From Saccharolobus solfataricus (GTDB taxonomy: Archaea > Thermoproteota > Thermoprotei_A > Sulfolobales > Sulfolobaceae): a DNA stretch of 32,000 nt. The translations under genes were made by a program, and so were the position numbers. Where the stretch lies: positions 60,001-92,000 of the forward strand of contig NZ_LT549890.1 in NCBI RefSeq assembly GCF_900079115.1, read 5' to 3'. Below the pieces are notes generated by a model. That model was not told the DNA's origin and made no database searches. It saw only the letters and a program-made list of their open reading frames with translations. Below are positions 1-9,877 of the stretch, piece by piece; position 1 is the first letter of the stretch, and the number at the start of each line of letters is the position of its first letter.

Positions 1-290
1 GTTAAACTTAGAATATCATCTACGGTTGCGGTTTCTTTCTTTAATAAGCCCATCTTTAACAGTTTCCCAACTAGCTGCTTTTCCCTAACAGCTCTCTCTG
101 CAGGCGGCAATGCTAATAATGATCTTGCTTGGTGTCTGAACTTTCTAATTATTGACTGCGCTATCCAGATTTCCCTTTTATTCCTTAAACCATATTTTCC
201 TAATAGTTCTTGCTCATAACCTATTCTCTCTTTTATCCAAGGATGTCCTGGGGTTTCCCACTTTTTCCTACTTTTCTTCGGATCTCCCAT
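1..290 (-). CDS. rps4: 30S ribosomal protein S4 (uS4), N-terminal part; the gene runs off the left edge of the window
   Basis: The reverse complement of 290..1 reads ATG GGA GAT CCG AAG AAA AGT AGG AAA AAG TGG GAA ACC CCA GGA CAT, giving [42 protein letters not shown]. This is a typical archaeal S4 N-terminus. It lies 10 nt downstream of S13, in the usual S13-S4 order. Confidence 0.9.
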   Translation of the reverse strand, partial: MGDPKKSRKKWETPGHPWIKERIGYEQELLGKYGLRNKREIWIAQSIIRKFRHQARSLLALPPAERAVREKQLVGKLLKMGLLKKETATVDDILSL

Positions 291-300
291 CTAAATCACC

Positions 301-798
301 TTAAGAGGATTTTTGTTGTTGAGAAGAAGATTGTTGAGATTGTGGTTGAGCTGCTTTCTTTCTAGCCACACCTATAGTCATACCAGTTCTCCCTGTAGTC
401 CTAGTTCTTTGTCCTCTAACCTTTAAGCCTAACGAATGCCTAACTCCTCTCCAACTTCTACTCTTCTTCTCTCTTTCTATATCATTTCTTACATAGAAGA
501 TCAAATCAGAAGTCACTAAATGTAAATCTAAACCACTCTCGTAATCTTTACGCCTATTATATAACCAACTAGGTAACCCTTTAATTGTATGATCGCTTAT
601 TACAGATTCAACTTTCTTTACTTCAGCATCAGATAGTTCCCCTAATCTCGCATTTGGATCCATTCCTAGTTTTCGTATTATCGCTTTCGCAGTGTTGTAA
701 CCAATTCCTTTTACCATCGCTAGGGCATAAGGTAATTTCATAGTTCCATCTACATCTTGCCCGAAAATTCTAACAACATACTTAAACTGTTGACTCAT
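301..798 (-). CDS. rps13: 30S ribosomal protein S13 (uS13)
   Basis: 165 aa. [40 protein letters not shown] is the S13 signature region. It has a basic, Gln/Ser-rich C-terminal tail. Confidence 0.95.
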   Translation of the reverse strand: MSQQFKYVVRIFGQDVDGTMKLPYALAMVKGIGYNTAKAIIRKLGMDPNARLGELSDAEVKKVESVISDHTIKGLPSWLYNRRKDYESGLDLHLVTSDLIFYVRNDIEREKKSRSWRGVRHSLGLKVRGQRTRTTGRTGMTIGVARKKAAQPQSQQSSSQQQKSS

Positions 799-818
799 TA
801 AGTATCAGCTTGTATGGT

Positions 819-2117
819 CTATGTAAAACTAGTTTTTAAGTTTTTCAATACGTTATCCATTTTTGTTTTAGCCTCAGCTATAGCATAATCTAAACGGTTT
901 GATATATATTCTATGCTATAAGGTGAATAATTCCCAAAATATTTCTTTATAGGAGTATAAGGACTTTCTCTAAATTGTGGCTTAAGTTCTTTCCCATCAT
1001 ATGTAATTATAGGATATTGTCTGAAATCATCTATATAACCTACAATTTCGCTTCTAATATTATATTGAGCCAACCTCTTTTTAACTAAATCTGGATTATC
1101 AGTAAATATAAGTATTGAATCAATTGATATACCAAAAGGATCTATGTTAATCTCATTCAGCATCTTTCTAACCTTTGGATTTATTAATGAAAGAAACTTC
1201 TCCTCATCTATTACAAAACTTAAGTTAGTTATCTTCGAAACCTCCAGAGCATCAGCACGTATCCCTCCGTTAGTAACATCTGTCATAGAATAAACGTCGC
1301 TTGACAAATAATCTCTAACTATAATACAAGTAAGTAAGTCTTTTATGTTAAGCGTCTCCGAAATTACATCAGGCATACCATTATATATTGCTGTAGTTGC
1401 AATAGTTCCACCGCCATTTCCTTCAGTCATGAGTATTTTTAGCCCCTTCTTCACTCTTTTCCTTAAGAAATCCTTAGACTTTAATATTCCTATTGAACCT
1501 ACAGCACCACTTATCCTATCTCCTAAAACTAAATCGCCACCTATTCTTAATGTGCTACCAGCCAGTATTGGGATATCTAAAGCTTTACTAATAGTAGTTA
1601 CACCTGCTTCAAAGTCTATCAACATTCCTATATCGCTATCATCAGAAAGGTGTATGTCCACAATTAGACCTAATGGGTATGCCCCCTTAACCATAATATC
1701 CCGCAATGTTGCTCTAGTAGCATAAAAGCCGGCTAGGAACGGAAAATAAGATAGCCTAGAATGGATACCATCTATGGAGACGACTACGTTTTCCCTAATT
1801 CCAGCATCATCATATTCTTCGATTTGCTTACCAGCTAACTCAAATAACTTAGTATGTATTAAATTATCACCTATACCTCTAGATCCTAATCCGGCTTCCC
1901 CAGCTCTTATGTTAGTTTTAGGAAAACCAAATTTATCATCGGCCTTCATGGAATTAATAACTTCAGTCAAAATAACGTTAGAGATTTCTTCTGCATTATA
2001 CCTATCACTCTTATAGAACCTTATTTCCTCTATTAGTTTAGTTTTTGCTTTTTCAATGTCCGGATAAAGTCTTCTTACTATTCCCTCTAGATCCATTAAC
2101 GCAAAATATAATGCCAT
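819..2117 (-). CDS. PurM/AIR-synthase-related (ThiL/HypE/SelD-like) ATP-utilising protein, specific function unknown
   Basis: 432 aa. The N-domain pattern YDDAGI...VVSIDGIHS...ATRATLRDIMVKGAYPLGLIVDIHLSDD resembles the PurM superfamily. A C-domain with TDVTNGGIRAD follows. It is co-directional with S13, 20 nt upstream of it. Confidence 0.7.
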   Translation of the reverse strand: MALYFALMDLEGIVRRLYPDIEKAKTKLIEEIRFYKSDRYNAEEISNVILTEVINSMKADDKFGFPKTNIRAGEAGLGSRGIGDNLIHTKLFELAGKQIEEYDDAGIRENVVVSIDGIHSRLSYFPFLAGFYATRATLRDIMVKGAYPLGLIVDIHLSDDSDIGMLIDFEAGVTTISKALDIPILAGSTLRIGGDLVLGDRISGAVGSIGILKSKDFLRKRVKKGLKILMTEGNGGGTIATTAIYNGMPDVISETLNIKDLLTCIIVRDYLSSDVYSMTDVTNGGIRADALEVSKITNLSFVIDEEKFLSLINPKVRKMLNEINIDPFGISIDSILIFTDNPDLVKKRLAQYNIRSEIVGYIDDFRQYPIITYDGKELKPQFRESPYTPIKKYFGNYSPYSIEYISNRLDYAIAEAKTKMDNVLKNLKTSFT

Positions 2118-2240
2118 TATAATATATTTTTCTCATCAAGTGATTAGACGTATTTTGTTTTAAAATACAATAAGAGTAAACTACTATATGTTAATTTTTA
2201 CAAATATATAACCAAAAAGATTCACGTAAAAATTAAGGTC

Positions 2241-2654
2241 GTGTTTATCATGAAATTACGGGATAATAATAGCTTTTTTAGTAGTAGTGGCGTAATAAAT
2301 ATGGGACAAAAATTGCCACCTACAAACAAACCTTCTTTTGAAAAGTTATATGACTGTGAAACTGAAAGTTGTATTCAAAAACTAGTAGATGATTATATTT
2401 ATAATTTAATAACTGACAATAATAATATTAATAATTATACCACATTCAAGTTATTTAAAGATGAGGATGATAATGAACATAAATTCGTTTTAAATGAAAA
2501 AGTGATGTTAAATAGTTACTTATTTATCAAAGTACTTCTAAGGAGAATACTTGAGACAGATCTCGATTTTGAATACGTAGTTGAGGACCTCGAGAAAAAA
2601 TTGGGAAATACACATCCAGTTGTTCTCTTTTTGAAACAATTCAAAGATGATTAG
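2241..2654 (+). CDS. hypothetical protein, acidic and Asn-rich, no recognisable domain
   Basis: The open frame is 137 aa, with alternative ATG starts at 2250 and 2301. It contains low-complexity DNNNINNYTT and no motif I recognise. It lies 30-45 nt upstream of tyrS on the same strand. Coding status is uncertain. Confidence 0.4.
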   Translation: MFIMKLRDNNSFFSSSGVINMGQKLPPTNKPSFEKLYDCETESCIQKLVDDYIYNLITDNNNINNYTTFKLFKDEDDNEHKFVLNEKVMLNSYLFIKVLLRRILETDLDFEYVVEDLEKKLGNTHPVVLFLKQFKDD

Positions 2655-2699
2655 TGCTTTTTTACTTAAACTTCTCTTTACTTTTTGGGGAAACTGATT

Positions 2700-3785
2700 A
2701 TGAGTATCGATCAAAGGTTACAGCTTATAATGAGAAATACAGCTGAAGTTATAACTATAGATGAATTAAGGAAAAAATTAGAATCTGATGAGAAATTAAA
2801 GGGTTATATAGGATTTGAGCCAAGTGGATTATTCCACATTGGATGGCTAATCTGGACACAAAAAGTGAAAGATTTAGTAGAAGCAGGCATTAATATGACA
2901 TTATTAAGAGCAACTTGGCACGCATGGATTAACGATAAGTTGGGTGGAGATATGAACCTAATAAAAATGGCTGCTGACTACGCAGTTGAGGTAATAAAGA
3001 ATTACGGAGTCGACGTAGGTAAGTTGAACATAGTAGATGCTGACGATATAGTTAAGGAGAAAGATTATTGGGCTCTTGTGATAAAAGTAGCGAAAAACGC
3101 TAGTTTAGCCAGAATAAAAAGAGCACTAACAATAATGGGAAGAAGGGCAGAAGAGGCTGAAATAGATGCATCAAAACTGATATATCCAGCCATGCAAGTT
3201 AGTGACATATTTTATCTGGATTTAGACATAGCACTAGGAGGAACAGATCAGAGAAAAGCCCACATGTTAGCAAGAGATGTAGCGGAAAAAATGGGCAAGA
3301 AGAAAATAGTATCGATACACACACCACTTTTAGTAGGGCTTCAAGGAGGACAGAGAATGAACATAACAGAGGGAATGGAAGAAGACGATATACAAGCTGA
3401 AATAAAAATGAGTAAATCAAAGCCAGAATCTGCGATCTTCGTTAATGATAGTAGAGAAGATGTGGAAAGAAAAATAATGGGTGCATATTGTCCTAAAGGT
3501 GTTGCAGAAAATAATCCAATTCTTCAAATATTAAAGTATATCATATTTCCGCGTTATAATTTTGTAAAGATTGAAAGAGATATTAAATATGGTGGGGACG
3601 TTGAATTTAAGGATTACGAGGAATTAGAAAGGACTTATATTGAAGGAAAAATACATCCGATGGATTTAAAGAAGACTACTGCGAGAAAACTAAATGAGAT
3701 ATTAGAACCTATAAGAAAAAGTTTAGAAAAGAAACCCGAGTTCGAGGAAATGATTCAGAAGATATCCAAAAGTGTAACAAGGTAA
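2700..3785 (+). CDS. tyrS: tyrosyl-tRNA synthetase (class I)
   Basis: It has GFEPSGLFHIGW (a HIGH-type motif) and KMSKSKP (KMSKS). I prefer the ATG at 2700 over the TTG at 2685 that opens the ORF-track frame. Confidence 0.9.
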   Translation: MSIDQRLQLIMRNTAEVITIDELRKKLESDEKLKGYIGFEPSGLFHIGWLIWTQKVKDLVEAGINMTLLRATWHAWINDKLGGDMNLIKMAADYAVEVIKNYGVDVGKLNIVDADDIVKEKDYWALVIKVAKNASLARIKRALTIMGRRAEEAEIDASKLIYPAMQVSDIFYLDLDIALGGTDQRKAHMLARDVAEKMGKKKIVSIHTPLLVGLQGGQRMNITEGMEEDDIQAEIKMSKSKPESAIFVNDSREDVERKIMGAYCPKGVAENNPILQILKYIIFPRYNFVKIERDIKYGGDVEFKDYEELERTYIEGKIHPMDLKKTTARKLNEILEPIRKSLEKKPEFEEMIQKISKSVTR

Positions 3786-3792
3786 TGTAAAG

Positions 3793-5013
3793 GTGAGCTT
3801 CCAAATGAAATATGATATAAGGTTAAGATTTGAAGTAGAGGGTATAGTCGAAAAAACTGATGTAATAGGTGCAATATTTGGCCAGACTGAAAACTTATTT
3901 GGAGATGAATTCGACCTAAGAGAGTTGCAAGATAAGGGAAGATTGGGAAGGATTATTGTAGAGGTAAAAACTAAAGGAGGGAAAAGCGAAGGAGAAATAA
4001 TTATACCATCGAACTTAGACAGAATTGAGACCGCATTAATTGCTGCAATGGTTGAAAGTGTAGATAAGGTAGGACCATACAATTCAAAATTTGAGCTTAT
4101 AGAAATAGAAGACATTAGAGCTGAGAAACTTAAAAAAATCATAGAAAGAGCAAAGGGAATTTTGTCAAGCTGGAGTAAAGAGAAATCACTGGACATAAAG
4201 GAAGTAATAAATGAGATAAGTAGCGCAGTAAAGGTAGGGGAAATAACAGAATATGGACCAGAAAGATTACCCGCAGGCCCAGACGTGGACAAGGATCCTA
4301 ATTTAATAATAGTAGAAGGAAGAGCTGATGTAATAAATCTACTCAGATATGGCTACAAAAACGTAATAGCAGTAGAAGGAGCCACGTCAAGGATACCGGA
4401 AACACTAATTAACTTATCTAAGATGAAGAAGACAGTAATAGCGTTTTTAGACGGAGACCACGGTGGAGATCTGATACTCAAAGAATTATTAAGTAATAAT
4501 GTAAAGATAGATTTCGTAGCAAGAGCACCGATTGGCAGAGAGGTAGAAGAACTAACAGGGAAAGAAATTGCAAAAGCCCTTTCCAATATGATGCCACTTA
4601 CTCAATATCTAAAGAAGGTTCAAGAGGCAGAACAAGCAATAGCTAAAAATGTTATTGCAAAAGAAGAGAAACCAATACAGTCTGAAACTACACAACAAGT
4701 AGTCCAGATAACTTTGCCACAAAATATCCTTGAAGAAATCAAGAAACTCCCTGGAACTCTAGAGGGCGTTCTCTATGATAATAATTGGAATTTGATTGAG
4801 AAAGTTCAAGTACGAGATATAATACCTAAGTTAGAGGCTTACGAAGACAATAAAGTAGCTTATATAATATTTGATGGGGTAATAACTCAAAGATTATTAG
4901 ATTTAGCGTCTCAAAAAAACATTAAAATGATAATAGGAGCTAGAATAGGTGGAATAAACAAAAGACCGCAAAACGTCGATATATTGACATTTACCGATAT
5001 TATTTCTTCTTAG
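3793..5013 (+). CDS. dnaG: archaeal DnaG-type primase (TOPRIM domain)
   Basis: The N-terminus MKYDIRLRFEVEGIVEKTDVIGAIFGQTENLFG is typical of archaeal DnaG. The TOPRIM block is IIVEGRADVINLL...FLDGDHGGDLI. The start is either GTG 3793 or ATG 3805. The ATG is preceded by GGTGAG with an 8-nt spacing, which makes it attractive. Confidence 0.9.
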   Translation: MSFQMKYDIRLRFEVEGIVEKTDVIGAIFGQTENLFGDEFDLRELQDKGRLGRIIVEVKTKGGKSEGEIIIPSNLDRIETALIAAMVESVDKVGPYNSKFELIEIEDIRAEKLKKIIERAKGILSSWSKEKSLDIKEVINEISSAVKVGEITEYGPERLPAGPDVDKDPNLIIVEGRADVINLLRYGYKNVIAVEGATSRIPETLINLSKMKKTVIAFLDGDHGGDLILKELLSNNVKIDFVARAPIGREVEELTGKEIAKALSNMMPLTQYLKKVQEAEQAIAKNVIAKEEKPIQSETTQQVVQITLPQNILEEIKKLPGTLEGVLYDNNWNLIEKVQVRDIIPKLEAYEDNKVAYIIFDGVITQRLLDLASQKNIKMIIGARIGGINKRPQNVDILTFTDIISS

Positions 5014-7294
5014 AAGCTCCAAATAAGTCTAGTATATCAGTTATATTAGTTTTTTTCAAACTTTCCTCATTTACTCCTAAAGGCTTGAGTAGCTTTAGGG
5101 TTTCTCTAAATATCTGATCAACGTAATATTCAATATCTATTCTGTTTTTCTCTTTTACAAGAAAGAAAGGTTCAGCGCGGTCATTTAGAGGGCCAAGACC
5201 TTTTACAATAACATAACCTATTTTCGAATCTTTAGATATTAAATAGCCAGATTGAATGGCCTTTCTCGCAGCAGTTACAAAAGGTAACTGATTATTATAT
5301 TCGTTGAGATCTCTTTCTATCTTCGCCCAAGTTATTAATTCTTCATTATCAAATTCCCCTCTCCTTAACTTGATTACCGTAGATTTAACTAGCTTTATCG
5401 CTTTCTTAACGTCTTTGCTAATTAATATCTCCTCTATAATCTTTCTTTTTATATTCCTAGCTAATTCACAAAGATTCATATCCTCTTCCCCTTTTCTAGC
5501 AATATCTATCTTATCTCCCTCCGATAGCCCCGCATATCTATTATTATCTAAGACCAATAATGATTTGTAAAATATTTTTACCTTAACGTCTAGATTATAT
5601 AAGCTATTTATCTTAGTTATTAACTCATTTACTTTATCTCTAGATCCGCCTGTCACAAATATTAAAAGGTCATTAGCTAAAATCACATCTAAACCTGAAC
5701 TTTTAATTAGATCTATAATGAATCTAATTATTTCATTACTAAATTCATCAAAAGCACTGGCAATTTCTCTCGAATACCATCTTGCATTTACCCAATGAAC
5801 ATAATCATTAAATGACGATATTAACTCTTCAATAACCTTTATTTTGTTAGAATCTCGAACATTACTTAACTCATCTAAAAATGTCTTGTAAAGGCCAGAC
5901 GGTTCTCTCTTAAATTTGTAATTAGAAATTGGGGAACTATAACAATCATCGCACTGCTCTTTGACTAAAGTATCTGGAGCTATATTAAATTTTCTTATCA
6001 CTAATGAATAAACTGAAGATATATCAAGAACATAAACATCAGTATAGATACCAACTTTTGGTTGAATAATTATATTCTTTTTTATTTTTGAAGGACGGTT
6101 AGGATTATCCATTCGAATAGGAATTAATTCCCCAGATTTTGTAGCAGTCCTTATTAGTGAAGTCTCTATTCTATTTCCCCAACTAGCTACTGATAATTTA
6201 TCTAAAGGTAGACCAACTATCTTAACTAGTTCACTATAGGTAGATAGTAGATAGTTACCTAATAAATATATTGATCTAGCGTTTTCTATACTATATTCTC
6301 TAATAATTCTTCTATTCTTCTCGTTATCCCAATATCTAGAAATTTCATACCACTTAAAAGAGTAACGACTAGGAGATATACCTAAATAATTACTTACGTC
6401 GATTAAATCTACATGTCCTAATGACCTTTCATTTACTAGTAAACCAGTTAAATCTACATTAAGCCTTCCAGAAATCGAGTAGTGTCCATAAGTACCCACA
6501 CTTACCTCAGAACCTATTTTCCTTCCTATATCTATTTTTACTCCTAATGAACTAGCTCTTTCTGTAATATATTTCCAGGGAAGGAGATCTGAATCATATA
6601 CAAATATTATATCAGGATCATAATTTAATATGTAGTCAACGAATCTCCTTATAATTTTGAGATCGTCTATACCTTCATCTAAACTAAACTGCATAGGACC
6701 TTCCTTGCTCCATAAACTCATAACTACTATCGGATCTTTTCTAGGATTTAACGAGCCATATTTACTGTAGATCTGAAAATCGACTCCAATAGTTCTTAAT
6801 TCTGGCATATTACCCTCATAATGTGAAAGAATCTTATCTAAAATGTATGCTTTCTTCGTGCGAAATCCATCAAACTTTACTTCATTTACCTCCGCTCTAA
6901 ACCAAGTAAATGGCCTAAGATCAAAATCTAGTGAATATCTCATAGTATACCTTATATCCGCATCGAAAATGCCTTTTATATTATTTAGTTCGCTGATTTT
7001 TTCTCTACACTTTTTGATTTGAGTAGGCGTGGATGTTTGTATAAGTAAAGCGTCTACAATATTACCTAAGTATTTCCTTTTAACTTTAGTGATTTGGAGA
7101 GCTTCACAATTCTTTTTTATATTCTCAATTATTTCATTCTCATTGCCCTCATATATTATATAAAAATATGGTCTAAAATTATTATCTATAACCACACTAC
7201 TGTTTCCTTCATCATCAACGCTCCAAATGTAAACTAGTGGAGTGTTACCCTTGATTTCATAAGAGAAATCTAATATAAAGAAATCCTTAATCAT
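5000..7294 (-). CDS. dpo3: family B DNA polymerase, divergent PolB3 (Dpo3)-type paralog
   Basis: 764 aa with overall family-B architecture: an exonuclease-like N-half and a motif-A-like segment, YVLDISSVYSLV. I find no YxDTD motif C anywhere. The Exo I position reads VDFQI, where DxE would be expected. The length and divergence match my recollection of the Sulfolobus B3 paralog. Confidence 0.8.
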   Translation of the reverse strand: MIKDFFILDFSYEIKGNTPLVYIWSVDDEGNSSVVIDNNFRPYFYIIYEGNENEIIENIKKNCEALQITKVKRKYLGNIVDALLIQTSTPTQIKKCREKISELNNIKGIFDADIRYTMRYSLDFDLRPFTWFRAEVNEVKFDGFRTKKAYILDKILSHYEGNMPELRTIGVDFQIYSKYGSLNPRKDPIVVMSLWSKEGPMQFSLDEGIDDLKIIRRFVDYILNYDPDIIFVYDSDLLPWKYITERASSLGVKIDIGRKIGSEVSVGTYGHYSISGRLNVDLTGLLVNERSLGHVDLIDVSNYLGISPSRYSFKWYEISRYWDNEKNRRIIREYSIENARSIYLLGNYLLSTYSELVKIVGLPLDKLSVASWGNRIETSLIRTATKSGELIPIRMDNPNRPSKIKKNIIIQPKVGIYTDVYVLDISSVYSLVIRKFNIAPDTLVKEQCDDCYSSPISNYKFKREPSGLYKTFLDELSNVRDSNKIKVIEELISSFNDYVHWVNARWYSREIASAFDEFSNEIIRFIIDLIKSSGLDVILANDLLIFVTGGSRDKVNELITKINSLYNLDVKVKIFYKSLLVLDNNRYAGLSEGDKIDIARKGEEDMNLCELARNIKRKIIEEILISKDVKKAIKLVKSTVIKLRRGEFDNEELITWAKIERDLNEYNNQLPFVTAARKAIQSGYLISKDSKIGYVIVKGLGPLNDRAEPFFLVKEKNRIDIEYYVDQIFRETLKLLKPLGVNEESLKKTNITDILDLFGASKKK

Positions 7295-7345
7295 ATATTA
7301 CTAACTAAATGACTAGCTTTTTAATTTATTCAAAGTTTTTAACAA

Positions 7346-7801
7346 TTAATCCAGATATTTATAATATAAATTCTTTACCATCACAAATGCGTGCTTATCT
7401 CTTCCATAATAATTCTTACGTACATACATTATAAGATAACCGTTAGCTCGATAAAAGGAAATCGCCGATAAGTTATTAGTATTGACTTCTAAATACGAAT
7501 ATCTAGCTCCGTTTAGCTTGAATCTCTCCTCAATTTCATTTAGAAGTTTGGCGCCAATGCCTTGTTTTCTGTATATAGGTTCGACAGCTATTGAGACTAT
7601 GTGCCCTCTATAGCCATATTGAATTATACCTATTATATATCCAACTACTTTCTCTCTTTGTTTAGCAACCAAATAAAGTTTATTTGCAAGAAACAAATAC
7701 GCTCTTAATAATGAATAAGGATAAGGATCTTCGAAACTTTCCGTTTCTATTTGAAAAATCTGATCTAAATCTGCCTCTGTTGCATCAGTTATAATTACCA
7801 T
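7346..7801 (-). CDS. GNAT N-acetyltransferase, RimI / N-terminal acetyltransferase type
   Basis: 151 aa. The acetyl-CoA binding motif RKQGIGAKLL (Q/RxxGxG/A) is embedded in a typical GNAT fold pattern, HIVSIAVEPIYRKQG. Confidence 0.85.
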   Translation of the reverse strand: MVIITDATEADLDQIFQIETESFEDPYPYSLLRAYLFLANKLYLVAKQREKVVGYIIGIIQYGYRGHIVSIAVEPIYRKQGIGAKLLNEIEERFKLNGARYSYLEVNTNNLSAISFYRANGYLIMYVRKNYYGRDKHAFVMVKNLYYKYLD

Positions 7802-7819
7802 GCTATGAAACTTTAATTT

Positions 7820-8854
7820 GTGAGAATATTAGAATTTGATGAGAAACGCCAAGCTGTCAAATTACATATAGAGTCAGAAGACGATTTATGGCTTTTACAT
7901 TTAATTTTGGAAAAAGATGATAAAGTTGTAGCAAAAACTACGAGAGACGTGGGATTAGGAAAAGAGAGTAGAAGAATACCTATGACCATTATCCTTAAAG
8001 TAGATTACACGGAGTTTCAAGAGTTCACAAATAGATTACGAATTCATGGAATAATAGAAGATGCGCCTGAAAGATTTGGAATAAAGGGGGCTCATCATAC
8101 AATTAATTTAGATATAGGAGACGAGATTATCATTATAAAACAGCAATGGAATAAGTATGTGTTAGATAGGCTTAAGAGACAAGCTAATAAGAGAAGCAGA
8201 ATAATAATTGCGTTAGTGGACTTTGACGAATATCTAATTGCAATACCGTTTGAACAAGGGATAAAGATCCTTTCAGAGAAATCATTAAGACCATTAAATG
8301 AGGAAGAAGGAATAATAGAGCAAAATGCATTAGAGATTGCAACGGAGCTTGCAGAGTACGTAAAGCAATATGATCCTGATGCTATACTATTAGCTGGACC
8401 AGGATTCTTTAAAGAAGAAGTAAGTAAAAAGGTAAATGCTATTTTAAAGAATAAGAAGATTTACATCGATAGCGTATCATCTGCTACTAGAGCGGGACTT
8501 CATGAGGTTCTAAAGAGAGATATAATAGACAAGATAATGACAGATTATGAGATTGCGATTGGAGCTAAGAAAATGGAAAAAGCTATGGAACTCTTGGCTA
8601 AGCAGCCAGAACTAGTAACCTATGGCTTAGAGCAAGTAAAGAATGCTATTGAAATGGGTGCTGTAGAAACTGTTTTAGTGATTGAAGACCTATTATCCTC
8701 AGATGAACAAGAGAGGCTAACAATCGAAAGAATGCTTGAAGATATAGAAAATAAGAGGGGGGAGGTAATATTAGTACCTAAAGAATCACCAATCTATTTT
8801 GAATTAAAAAATCTTACTGGGATATTAGCTATTCTTAGATTTAGAATAAATTAG
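7820..8854 (+). CDS. pelA: Pelota (Dom34) mRNA surveillance / ribosome rescue factor
   Basis: 344 aa. [30 protein letters not shown] is a classic Pelota N-terminus, followed by an eRF1-like C-terminal region. The start is GTG at 7820. Confidence 0.9.
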
Positions 8855-9877
8855 CTTCTCTCCTACTCTTAATCTTCGGGAATCAGGATGTTCTTCAACT
8901 ATATAAATTTCATTTATTAAATTAGTGTAATCATTTAGAAGATCTCCGACAATACTTGGCGATATAGAGTACTCATCTGAACCAGTGGACTCACCAAAAT
9001 TTTCCAGAATAGGAATTTCGCCTTTAGTCTTAACTATTGCTCTTACTACTGTAGCTTCATTAGTATACTCCTCATAGGGTTTTGAACTATATTTGATTAT
9101 TCTAAAAAATCTAGTTCTAGTTTCGACAAGATCTTTATAGATAGAACTACAATAATGAACGGTAATTTTTTTATTATCTTCAAATTTTTTCAGAACATCC
9201 AAGGCAGTTTCAAAACTACCTTCTACACCAGTTATTCCATGTTTTGCATGAAATCCTTTACTATTTAGATTTAAATAATTCCTAGAATTCAGCTCTAGCT
9301 CGTTCAAATTTACAAACTTAACATTATTTTCCTCAGCCCATTTAATTAATCTAACTATTTTATCCTTCTCGTTCGGAATAGCCGGTAATTCTAAACCTAT
9401 ATCAATATCGTACTTTAATGCAACCTTTACCGCATTTAGATACAATTCCTTTACTGGATGAAAACGCATCTCATCTAACCCTGCATTGACTAATTCCCTC
9501 ATTATATCGTCATTAACATAACGTCCAGTAGTGTAAAGATGAATATGAAAATCATACCCAAATTCATTTTTTAACTCCTCAATAATCTCGATTACTCTAC
9601 CTATTTCGAGAATAGGATCACCGCCAGTTATTCCTGCACCTAAAGCTTTCATCCTATACGCCTCATATATAACGTCCATAGAGTTATTTACTTCAGTTTC
9701 ATTTGCAAATATCTTATTTTTTCCAAATCTATCATCACTTACTGGACAATAATAACAGTTATCATCACATTCGCCTGTGATAAAGAGCACTAATTTCCCT
9801 CCTAATCTACAGAGTTCACATCCTTTAGGTAATTTCCCAGTATACAGTCCTATCTCTGGATTTCCTATAATGGTCAA
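8825..9877 (-). CDS. radical SAM protein, uncharacterised family (distantly PFL-activase-like)
   Basis: 350 aa. The CX3CX2C motif [11 protein letters not shown] (Cys37/41/44, about 9746-9769) is preceded by an extra CxxC (CELC). A GGDP-type SAM-binding stretch, ITGGDPIL, is present. The only in-frame start upstream of the cluster, apart from GTG at 9790, is TTG at 9877. Confidence 0.8.
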
